The translations under genes were made by a program, and so were the position numbers. From Mobula birostris (lineage: Eukaryota): 64,000 nt of DNA. The DNA is taken from assembly GCF_030028105.1 (NCBI RefSeq), contig NC_092379.1, positions 25,475,821 through 25,539,820 of the forward strand. The letters are read 5' to 3'. The notes below the pieces were generated by a model. That model was given only the letters and a program-made list of their open reading frames with translations, was not told the DNA's origin and searched no databases. Shown piece by piece: positions 50,260-61,576 of the stretch (positions within the stretch are counted from its first letter, which is position 1; each line of letters starts with the position of its first letter).

Positions 50260-50420
50260 AACACACAAAATGATGTTGGCACGCAGCAGGACAGTTAGAA
50301 TCTGTAGGAAGAAGTATAGTCGACGTTTCGTGCCGAGACCGTTCGCCTGGCCTGCTGCGTTCCAACAGCAATCTGTATGTGTTGCTTGAATTTCCAGCAT
50401 CTGCAGATTTCCTCCTGTTT
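50260..50420. mobile_element. Two Penelope pseudo-LTR pieces in inverted arrangement
   Basis: 50262-50340 is in the orientation of 50590-50690; 50345-50420 is the reverse complement of 50555-50635. Confidence 0.65.
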
Positions 50421-50544
50421 GAGATAATCATTATTCAGTTCCTAATCCCAGTTATTCAGCAGCCTTCAGGTGATGATGACCGTGGTAACAATACAACTCT
50501 GTGGGATCACACGCATGTGCACTTTGAATGGGCTCAAGCTACAC

Positions 50545-51050
50545 AAAAGTTAAACACGAGGAATTCTGCAGATGTTGGAAATTCAAGCAACACACATCAA
50601 AGCTGCTGGTGAACGCAGCAGGCCAGGCAGCATCTCTAGGAAACGGCACAGTTGATGTTTCGGGCCGAGACCCTTCGTCAGAACTAACTCAAGGAAGAGC
50701 TAGTAAGAGATTTGAAAGTGGGAGGGTGAGGGGGAGATACTAAATGATAGGAGAAGACAGGAGGGGGAAGGATGAGACAAGATCTGGACAGGTGATTGGC
50801 AAAAGGGTTATAAGAAGACAATGGGACAGGAGGCACAGGGAGAAGGAAAGAGGGGAGGGGAAATACCCAGAGGACGGGCACGGGGTATAGTCAGAGGGAC
50901 AGAGGGAGAAAAAAGAGAGAGAGAAAAAGAATGTGTGTATACAAATAAATAAGGGATGGGCTACGAGGGGGAGGTGGATCATTAGCCGAAGTTAGAGAAG
51001 TCAATGTTCATGCCATCAGGGTGGAGGCTACCCAGACGGAATATAAGTTT
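50545..51050 (-). mobile_element. Penelope-like element 3' end with pseudo-LTR
   Basis: LIFRLGSLHPDGMNIDFSNFG* on the minus strand; near-identical to 1720-2130. Confidence 0.8.
50650..50685 (-). ncRNA. Minimal type I hammerhead ribozyme motif with intact core boxes
   Basis: AGUU-CUGACGA-AGGG UCUCGG CCC-GAAAC-AUC-AACU; helix I AGUU/AACU; the helix III palindrome ACGU is changed to ACAU. Confidence 0.65.
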
Positions 51051-51986
51051 GTTTTTTTTTTAATTATCTGCACGTTTACAAAATAGTGTCTGCTTTTATT
51101 ACTTCTGCTAAAGTGCATTTCCCGATATTCCTTTCCATCATCGACTTCATTGCCCATTCTCCTAATCTGTAGCCTGCCTGCTTCTTCAACAGTATATGTC
51201 CCTCCAGCTGTCTGTTCATCATCCATGTCCTGCATTTTTTTTTTGTTATCAATTGAAACAATTCATAGTCAATTGAGGAAGACCTAAACTACGCAAAGCC
51301 CAGCAACAATACGTTCATTAAGAGATTTTAATTTCAGTGTTAGACAGATTCTATCTCCAGGGAGAAATACTGCATTTGTTATATGTTACTGTTTTTAATT
51401 GTGATTACATTAATTCTGTACTCTGTTGTCTATTAACCATTTGCGTTTACTCGGACACAGTCACATTTACGAAGAACTTGATTAATTTAGTTTCGATACA
51501 GCTAAATCATAACTATTTCACCTATTTATGTGGATCTAAGAGCACTGATTGTTCTAAGTTAAATATCCATAAATGGTACCTAGGTTTTGGGGATATGTGG
51601 CCAAATACAGAGGATCCCCGAAACAATAGCCTGTCGTCAAATGATTGATCTGTTTGTATGGCAGAGAAGTGCAAGTGAAATCTAGGAATGACTTGAAGGA
51701 ACAATTAAATACAGAAAAGCAAAACTGAAATATACCACCCATTATATCATGGAGGAAACATCTAAGCGAGGAATTCATTGGTGTGCACCGGTCTACGCTT
51801 GATGAAAAGTACAAATACAATTCCGTCAGTGTATTACCCCACTTATGAAGACATGCCTTATCAACAGTTCAAGTAGAAAATTGTGAAATAAACAAAGTTT
51901 TAAAATTTGAACTTTATCCATCGGTCGGATGTATTATGGGCAACAAGTAAATGAGTATGCTCTTAAAACAATTATAACTGTGTCCA

Positions 51987-54286
51987 TGTCACGATGGGGG
52001 CGTTGATGGCGGACCCAAATGCGAGACACAGATACTGAAGTACAAGGAACAGGACTTGACTAGAGTAGGGACGTGACAAGATACAGACAAGGAGCAGGAA
52101 CAAGAACGCAGGCTTGGGCTAGGGCATGGTCAAGGCAGGGAACCCTGGCAAGGAACAATGCACTAAGAGCTTGCTCTTCGGCTCCGAACAAGAGACTGGA
52201 CAAGGACCCAGAACTTCTGTCATGCGTCGGGTTTGGGCCCCAGAACTAGGCAAAAACATGACATGACTACGGGACAGGACGTGGCTGGGATCTAGAAGCT
52301 TGGGGCTGCAGGCTGAGGACTTGGTCTTGAGGCTTAAGGCTGGGTCTTGGTTTTGAGGATTGACGCTGTGCTCTTGATTTTGAGGCTTGAGGCTGGGGTA
52401 TTGTTCTTGAGGCTTATGGCTGGAGTCTTCATGCATGGACTCTTGAGGCTTGGAGACTGACGTCTTCAGGCTTAGAGGCTGGGGTCTTCGAGGCTTGTGT
52501 TCTTGGAGCTTGGCTTGGGTTCTTGGAATTTGGCTGGGATCACCGAGGCGTGTGCTCTTGGAGCTTGTCTTGGGATCATCGAACCCTGGGTTCTTGGAGC
52601 TTGTCTTGGGATCTTCGAGGCATGTGTTCTTGGAGAATGGCTTGGTATCTTCGAGGCTTGGGTTCTTGCAGCTTTGCTTGCAATCTTCGAGGCTTGTGTT
52701 CATGGAGCTGGGCTTGGGATCTCCGACGCTTGTGTTCCTGGGGCTTGACTGGGATCACCGAGGCGTGTGCTCTTGGAGCTTGGCTTGGGATCTTCGAAGC
52801 CTGTGTTATTGGAGCTGGGCTTGGGATCTTCGAGCCTTGTGTTCTTGGAGCTTGGCTTGAGATTTTCAAGGCTTGTGTTCTTGGAGCTTGGCTTGGGATC
52901 ACAGAGGCTTATGTTCTTAGAGCTTGGCTTTGCTTCTTGGAGCTTGGCTTGAGATCTCCGAGGCATGGGCTCTTGGGGATTGGCTTGGGGTCTCCAAGCT
53001 TGTGTTCTTGGAGCTTGACTTGGGATCTCCGTGGCTTGAGTTCTTGGAGATTGGCTGAGATCACCGAGGCGTGTGCTCTTGGAGCTTGGCTTGGGATGTT
53101 TGAAGCCTGGATTCTTGGAGCTTGGCTTGGGATCTTCGAGGCATGTGTTATTGGAGCTTGGCTTGGGGTCTTGGAGCTTGGCTGGGATCACCGAGGCGTG
53201 TGCTCTTGGAGCTTGGCTTGGGATGTTTGAAGCCTGGATTCTTGGAGCTTGGCTTGAGATCTCCGAGGCTTGTGGTCTTGAAGCGTAGCTTAGTGTCTTC
53301 GAGGCGTGTGATCTTGGAGCTTGGCAAGGGATATTCGAGGCCTTTGCTCTTGGTGCTTGGCTTGGTATCTCCGAGACCTACGTTTTTGGAGCTTGGCTTG
53401 GGATCTCCGAAGTTTCAGTTCTTGGAGCTTTACTTGGGATCTCCGAGGTTTAGATTCTTTGAGTTCGGCTTCGGATCTCCGAAGCTACGGAACTCCGAGT
53501 CTTCGGTTCTTAGAGCTTGGCTTGGGATCTCCGAGGCCTGGGTTCTTCGGGATTAGCTTAGGATCTCCGTGGTTTGGGTTCTTGGAGCTTGGCTTGGGAT
53601 CTTTGGGGCTTGTATTCTTGGAGCTTGACTTGTGATCTCCGTGTTTGGGTTCTTGGAGACTGGCTTCAGATCTCCGAAGCTTTGACTCTTGGAGCTTGGC
53701 ATGAGATCTCCGAGGCCTGGGTTCTTGGAGCTTGCTTGGGATCTTCGAGGCGTGGGTTCGTGGAGCTTGGCTTGGAATTTTCGAGACTTGGGTTCTTCGA
53801 GTTTCTCCAGGGCAGGACGCTGAACTCCTGGGCAGGATGAGGGCAGGGTAACGGTAATCGACCTGCCTTACCCGACTGAGGCAGAGGACAGGAATGGAGC
53901 TTAATCCGGGGTGGCTCTGGGTCTCGGGGCAGCCAGCAACCTTGGCTGGCTACAGGAGCGGCCGAATCCATAACACGATGACTGCTCCGACGACTGGCAA
54001 CAAGGCTCCATGAAGCAGTGATCCTCCATCCAGGTCTAGAACTCACGAATGCTTTCTCTAGCCTTCCCTCAGCAGGTTGGTCCAAGGAGGACAGCCGAGA
54101 CAAACCAGGAGCCCACACTCAACCCCTAGGCTACTTGTATTCCAAGTCCCAAGATGGAAATCGGGTGCCTATGCTTAACACAATCAAAACAAGGAACAGC
54201 TGGAAACCCCGGAGTCCTGAGTGCACTGACCGGACCGTGAACCGGAATGCAGACTTCACAGACAGGACAATGCCAGTCTATGACCA
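51987..54286 (-). mobile_element. LTR family A copy 3 (probable solo LTR) with expanded minisatellite
   Basis: The + strand start tgtcacgatgggggcgttgatggcggacccaaatgcgagacacaga is the reverse complement of the end of copy 1; shares the cttacccgac.gaggc motif with copy 2. Confidence 0.75.
52440..53810. repeat. About 36-bp minisatellite (cttggagcttggcttgggatcttcgaggcttgtgtt), roughly 35-40 degenerate units
   Basis: Periodicity seen directly; a unit length divisible by 3 explains the long ORFs in several frames. Confidence 0.95.
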
Positions 54287-56869
54287 CTAATGCATTCAAT
54301 TAAATGCCAAGGTGACATGACAATTGGTTATATTTCTAGGGAACGTCCTCAAAGTTATCATCACAGCACTTGATTCTGATGTTTACATTGAAAGAGGCAC
54401 TGATGTAGAATCTATGAGAAAATGCTTTCCTACCTGATCATATGAAATTGATAATCCAATAACACTTTGCGTGGATTTCGTTCCATGGAATATTGTATCT
54501 ACCCAGATTTTATATTTGTCCTTACTCAATCAGTTACGAATAGTTCATGTTATTGGATGAATAATACCTTACAAGTGAAATCATTGCAGGTTTTTGGTGT
54601 CTGTGCAAATTCCATTTTACATCAAGGGGACTTCGATTACGAGTTGCAATAACGGGAAACATGTCTATCCCGAATTCTACTGTTATTGATGAATGTTGCT
54701 GATGCCATCTTTTAGGCTTAAGCAGATAGCATTGCTGCCCATCCATGCAACATTACGTACTTGAACTATACCGGTATATTCAGTCGTATGGCAATAAGAG
54801 AATACAAACAAATTTCAATTAGACTCGAAACAATTTCCATGGTTTTACAGAAATATTAGTGCAGAAATGTTTGTACCACCATGTATTCACTGTGGTTACT
54901 TTCATAAGTGCATTCGAGTGATGGCTGGATCAAGTAGGAGGGAAGAATTTCCTGATAACAAGTGTTATTCAGAAACACTGCTGTAAGAGGACAATGCACA
55001 TATTATTACCTCATATTACCGAGTACACTCAAGAATTTTACCGAGGAAGTAATTAAAAAAAAATGGTTTTACAAAGTATCTAAGGTCTTAAAATCTTAAT
55101 GGCTTGTAGATACTCGGATGGAGACAGGGATTATTACATATAATCAGGCGATCGATCGAACGTGAACTCAGACTTCCTGTCTGCAGACTTTTGAGTGATA
55201 TAGCTAGACAGCTGTCGAGCAGCACTGTGTCCAGTAGTCTTGCTGTCAGAAACCGGTGAAGTTGTATGCTCTAACATTTGTGACCGTAACATCTTTGTTG
55301 TCTCTCCATGATTCCTTATTTCTTGTTTATTAATGCGTCGAAGGGGTGAATTTTGTCGTTGTCTGTTAAAGTTTTGCAAAACTGAACAGCTCAAACGAGA
55401 ATGTTTTTTGTTTCTCTCTGTAAGACTCCATGACCCTTGGAAAAATCATGGACACATCAACTGCCGAAATCGAGAAATGAATAAGATGCCCGAGCTATTT
55501 TCATAATGCTATGTCTACCTGAGTATCTAAAATACATTAAAAACAGAAAAATGTATAAAATGTATATCGTGTCTTATTTTACTTCCTTGGAATTGGACGG
55601 TCTTGAATATCCTGAACTACATTCAATTATTTGGGCAGAGATTTGAAGACAGGAGCCGTTCCACATTTCTTTTCTCCTGCGATCCGTACATGACGATCTT
55701 CCTACACCACCACAGCTGCACACATAGGGGTTGAGAGAGACTCCCCACAACGAGCGTTGTGGTCAGCGAGGTTCACCGGCACACATACAATTCAGGATGG
55801 AAAACTGGTTTAACACAAGGATTGCATAGGTGGAGCAACCACTGAGTCCCGCCGTCCTTTGCGAATTCAGTAGAGCTGGAGACATGTGAAACACAGTCCA
55901 TATGGAATTATGAAAACAGAACAGTCATTTTCCTCAACTACAGGGCCATCCAATGATAAGAAAGAGGCTAAAATCTAACGGCTGCAAATGGTGGATGAGG
56001 GTAGATGCTGGGTGGAAGCTGCAGTTCCTGGAGGTTCTGCAAAGAACACTTTGACCACACCGACCAGTCCAGTGAAGAGAACAAGAAATCATCCTTGCAG
56101 ATCTCACTGTATCACGCGAGGACGGATACGACGAGGCTTCCTAGACGAACAGCCTGAAGAACCAGTCCTTAGTCTCGGTGTGCAGGTACAATAGATGGTA
56201 GACTTGGCTGTTTCATTGGCATTCGGTGTAGAGAGTCCCCTGCCTGTTTGGCATGGATATTGCTCTCTGCGCTGGGTCTTGATGAAAAAAGAAAAAAAAA
56301 AAAGCAAGAACCAAGCAGCATGCAGGATGGGCGAGCAAGCAGATTGCACTTCTGTCTGGATATCGAGGAGGCAAAAGCAGTTGAGCTGGAAGTCAAAAGT
56401 AGATGACAGTGACATAGCCCTAAATGCTGACCCGCTGAATGGGGCCCTATTGATTATGGGTCGATCACCCCCCCTACCCCCGCCATTATAGTTGTGCACC
56501 ACCTGACGACACCGTTTCTGGCCAGAGGCTTCGGCTACCTCATCAGCTAACTGAGGAGAGCAATTGGTATATGAACTTACAATTTACTAAATTAAAATGC
56601 AGGTTTCCCTTTTTTTTTTACCGAGTTATCAAATACTTCATTTAAAAAAACTATGTCAGCTGCACAAATTATCAACTGAATAAAAATATCTTATATTCGT
56701 TTTAAATATGTTAGATACTTTCAGACTAAATTTATATTAAAATATCTACGAAAAAGAATGATCTTAACATCATGCATTATATTGTTTCACTGGTATTAAT
56801 GGACGTGATGGTACACAGCACAACGTGTTTTGGTTCGGAAACAAATGCATTACGAACTGAAAGCTGCAC

Positions 56870-57190
56870 CTCATAGAAACATAGAAACATCGAAACATAG
56901 CAGACTTACAGCACAATACAGGCCCTTCCCTCACAGAATTTTGCCGAGCATGCAATACCTTAGAAATTACTTGGATTACCAATAGCCCTCTATTTTGCTA
57001 AGCTCCATGTACCTATCTAAAAGCGTCTTAAAAGACCCTATATTATCCACCTCTACCATCGTTGCCGGCAGCCGATTCCACATACTCACCACTCTCTGAG
57101 TAAAAAACGTACCCCGGACATCTCCTCTGCACCTACTCCCCGCATCTTAAACCTGTGTCCTCTTATGACAATAATTTCAGCCCTGCGAAA
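56870..57190 (-). mobile_element. CR1 3' tail fragment
   Basis: catagaaacatagaaacat...cagcacaatacaggccc tail. Confidence 0.7.
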
Positions 57191-57639
57191 AAGATGCCAT
57201 GAATAAAACAAAAAAAGCACACTAACCTTATGCCTATTCTGAAAATGTATCTAAATATATTATTGAGAGGAAAAACAAATCAATGTGAATGCGTTAGGTG
57301 ACTTACAAAACGTCGTTTTTTTTTTCATTCTCAAACAGATTGCTTTAACATATTCCATTAGGTACCTTACAATATAGCCAACACAGACAAATACACAAAC
57401 ACACACCACAGAAGAATTATTATTAAAGCCTTTTGCGCTGCAAATTTTCGAGCTGATTTATATACTAGAGGATTTCAGAAAACTGGCAGCGATTCCATAA
57501 ACAAATAATTTGAGAAATTTTAGAAGAGCTGATGTTTGTTTTAGCAAGTTTGCTTTAAATTTTTTTAATCCAGCGGGCAGCGGATTGAGAGGAAACAAAC
57601 TGATAGAACGTTGACTCAACAGGCTTACGCGGCAACGTG

Positions 57640-60180
57640 ACGAGGCGAGGTAGGTTCACTGGTGTTATTTGTGGAAAGGAGGAGGTATGTGTGTAAGGCC
57701 AACTTTCTGTGTTCAGTGTCAGATGAGGGAGGTTCCGGAGTTCCCAGCCTCCCGGACGGCCATATTTACATGCGGTGTGTCGAGCTGCACCTCATAAGGG
57801 ACCGAGTTAGGGAACTGGAGATGCAGCTCGATGACTTCGCCTTGTCTGGGAGAGCGACGAGGTACTAAAAAGGAGATATCAGCACCTGGTCACACCCGTG
57901 TCAGGGGAGACAGAGAAGTGGATCACAGTCAGGAGGGGGAGGGGAAGAGTCAGGTACGAGAGAGTACCATGGTGGCTGTACCCCTTGACAATAAGTACTC
58001 CTGTTTGAGTGCTGTTGGGGTATGGACAGCCTACCTGGGGAAGTGATCGTGGCCATGCCCCTGGCACAGAGTCTGGCCCGGTGGATCAGAAGAGGAAAGC
58101 TCTTGTGATAGGGAACTATACACTTAGGGAGTAAGGGGAATTCTATACTTAATTGGAGAAAGGGAAATTATGAGGCCATCAGGAAGGAAATTGGAAGCTT
58201 AAATTGGAGAAAGGTTTTCTCTGGTATGTACGAAATGTGGCAAATGTTCAGGGGACATATGTGAGGAGTTTTGCATAGGTATGTTCCAATGAGACAGGGA
58301 AGTTATGGTAGGGTACAGGAATCGTGGTGTACAAAGACTGTAATAAATATAGTCAAGAAGAAAATAAAAAGATTACGAATGGTTCAGAGAGCTAAGTGAT
58401 GTTAGAGATCTGGAAGGTCATAAGGCTAATGGGAAGGAGCTAAGAAGGAACTTAGGAGAGACAGAAGGGGCCATCAGAAGGCCTTGGTGGGCAGGATTAA
58501 GGAAAATCCCGAGACATGCTGCAGCAAAAGGAGAAGCAAGAGGATAAGACGTGAAAGAATAGGGCCTATCACGTATGAGAGTGGGAAAATATGTATGAGA
58601 ACGGAGGAAATAGCAGAGGTACACAATGAATACTTTTCTACAGTATTCACTATGGAAAAGAATTCTGGTATTGTAGTGATTACTTGCAGAAGACTGAAAA
58701 GCTTGAGATTGTAGATATTTAGGAAGATGATGTGTGGGAGCTTTTGGAAAGCATCACGACGGATAAGTCGCCGGGAACGGAGAAGATGTACCCCAGGCTA
58801 TTGTGGGAGGCGAGGAAGGAAATTGCTGAGCTTCTGGCCATAATCTTTGCATCATCAATGGGGACGGGAATGGTTCTGGAGGACTGGAGTGTTGTGGATG
58901 TTGTTCCTTTATTCAAGAAAGTGAGTAGAAGTAGACCAGAAAAATATAGAACAGTTACTCTTAACTCAGCGGTAGGTAAGTTGCTGGCAAAGATCGAGAG
59001 AAGCAGGATTTATCAACATTTTGAGAGGTATGATATGATTAGGAGTAGTCAGCATGGCTTTGTAAAGGGCAGGTCGTGCATTCCGAGCCTGATTGATTTT
59101 TTTGAGGATGCGACTAAACACATTGATGAAGGAAAGTAGTAGATGTAGTGCAAAAGGATCTCAGCAAGAGATTTGATAAGGTAACCCACGCAAGGTTTAT
59201 TGAGAACGTAAGGAGGCAGAGGATCCAAGGGGAAATTGTTTTGCGGATGCAGAACTGGCTTTGCTGATAACGAAAAGGTTGGAGGTGTTGTGGATAGTGT
59301 GGAGCGCTGTTAGAGGTTACAGCCGGATATTGATAGGATGCAAAATGGTCTGAGAAGTGGCAGATGGAATTCAACCCAGATAGTGTGAAGCGGTTCATTT
59401 TGGTATGTCAAATATGATGGCAGAATTTTGCATTACCGGTAAGACTCTTGGTAGTGTGGAGGATCAAAGGGATCTTGGAGTCCGCGTCCATAGGACACTG
59501 AAAGCAGCTGCGCAGTTTGACACTGTGGTTAAGAAGGCGTACGGTTTATTGGCCTTCATCAATCGTGGAATTGAATTTAGGATCCGAGAGGTAAAGTTAC
59601 AGCTACATAGAACCCTGGTCAGACGCACTTGAAGTGCTGTGCTCATTTCTGTTGCCTCACTAGAGGAAGGATGTGGAAGGCGTAGAAAGGGGGCAGAGCT
59701 GATTTACGAGGATGGTGCCTGGATTGGCGAGCATGCCTTATGAGAATAGGTTGAGTAACCTTGGCTTTTCCTCCTTGGAGCGACAGAAGAAGAGGCGTGA
59801 CCTGATAGAGGCATATAAGATGATAAGAAGCATTGATTGTGTGGATAGTCAGAGGTATTTTTTCCCCAGGGATAAAATGGTTGTCACAAGAGGACGCAGG
59901 TTTAAGATGGCGGGGGGGAGTAGGGACAGAGGAGATGTGAGGGTTATTTTTTTTTTACTTAGAGAGTGGATAGTGCGTGGAATGGGCTGCCAGCAACGGT
60001 GGTGGAGGCGGATACGATAGGGCATTTTAAGAAAGTCCTGGATAGGTACATGAAGCTCAGAAAAATAGAGGGCTATAGGTAAGTCTAGTAATTTCTAAGG
60101 TAGGGACATGTTCGGCACAACATTGTCGGCCGAAGGGCCTGTATTGTGCTGTAGGTTCTCTATGTTTCTATGTTTCTGAA
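57640..60180 (+). mobile_element. CR1 LINE (ORF1 zinc finger, deleted APE, RT, 3' tail)
   Basis: HIYMRCVELHLIRDRVRELE; KSPGTEKMYPRLLWE; SQHGFVKGRSC; (ctatgttt)n tail at about 60160. Confidence 0.85.
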
Positions 60181-60789
60181 TTGTTTTGGCGTACATAAAG
60201 AACGTCTCAGAAGTAACAGCAAGTTGGTTGACCAATACCACATCATAGATGTTCACAAAGCGAGTGCAGCTTTGTGGAGAAACCTCATGTACGCATAGCG
60301 TAGCAAAATATGACTAATAGAACACATTTTGAATTATTCAACGTTCAGTGAACTGACTGGGATAAGCACAACGTTGGAAAAAACAGGAAGAAAATTATCT
60401 ACCATGCTAAACGAGCAGCAGCTCAGAAGCAGAAGATATGACCTTTTCGCTTGTACATCTCATGATGAGGAAGAATGACTCTATTTCAAGAGAACAAAAG
60501 TCAGATTGTTCATTCCAGTTTAAACAAAGAAAAAAACACAGAACAAACGCGCGAAAAATTCTCTAAACGTGGATATCCGCAGAAGGATTCATAAAGAAAA
60601 ACGTGCGCAGAGAGATCCGGAATATTAATCCTTCAGGAGAAAAAAAATAAACAACAGCGACATAAAATCAACGCATTTCAGCAACCTTGCGATCTGAAAA
60701 GGCAAGCAAAAATGTCTAACACTCTTCTCCCGAAACTAGTCTGTCAGAATCTACTGTTGTTAAACTGTTCACAATGCTTTCAAGCAGCT

Positions 60790-61575
60790 AACCCCATCAC
60801 GATATCTAATCAATATTAATTTGTCCTGCGGAGGACGATATAAGCAGGCATTGCCGTTGACAGGATGGCACATCTGAGGCTGCTTATCAGGTTAAGAACC
60901 CTTGGTATTACAGGAAATTTACTAACAAGGATAAAGCATTGACTGATTGGTATGAGATTGCGAGCGGCAGTGAAAATATCCTTTCCTGGTTGGCCGCCAG
61001 AGAATAGAGATGCTCCGCAGGTATCGGTGGTCGGACCAGTTCTTTTTATGATGTACATAAATGATTTAGATGATGGAATAGATAATTATTTTGCCAAATT
61101 TTGCAGATAATACGAAGATTGGTGGAGGGGCAGATAGTGTTGAGGAAACAGGTAGGATACTGATGGACTTACACAGGATAGGAGAATGGCAAGAAAGTGG
61201 CAAATGAAATACAATACTGTAAAGTGCATGGTAATGCACTTTGGTAGTAGAAATAAAGATGCGGACTATATTCTAAACGGGGATAAAATCCATCTGTCTG
61301 GATGCAGAGGAACTGAGGAGTACTTGGGCTGAATACACTGAAGTTTAATTTGCAGGCTGAGTCGGTGGAAGGTAAAGAAAATGCCATGTCAGCAATCATT
61401 TCATGATATCCAGAATACAAGAGAAAGGATGTAATGCGGAGGCTTTGAAAGACACTGATGAGGCCTCACCTTGAATATTGTGAACAGTGTTTGGCCCCTT
61501 ACCTTAAAAAAAAAAAAGAATAGTTGGCATTGGAAAATGTCCATGGAAGGTTCACAGGATATTTCCAGGAATGCA
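60790..61575 (+). mobile_element. Degenerate CR1 RT fragment
   Basis: PQVSVVGPVLF..YINDLDDG; KF.ADNTK; RPHLEYCEQ. Confidence 0.7.
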
Positions 61576-61576
61576 A

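Noticed and set aside
52440-53810. Regularly spaced repeats superficially like a CRISPR array (also 34710-35110)
   Set aside because: Head-to-tail degenerate units without unique spacers, in eukaryotic LTR context, with no cas genes.
52119-54118. Long repetitive ORFs (up to 235 aa) in several frames on both strands
   Set aside because: By-product of a 36-bp minisatellite inside an LTR; no splice context or domain.
55187-55260. Perfect heptamer CACAGTG (55229-55223, minus) after VSDSKT, like a V 3' end
   Set aside because: No nonamer at 12 or 23 nt, no YxC, and no upstream WY or Cys framework.
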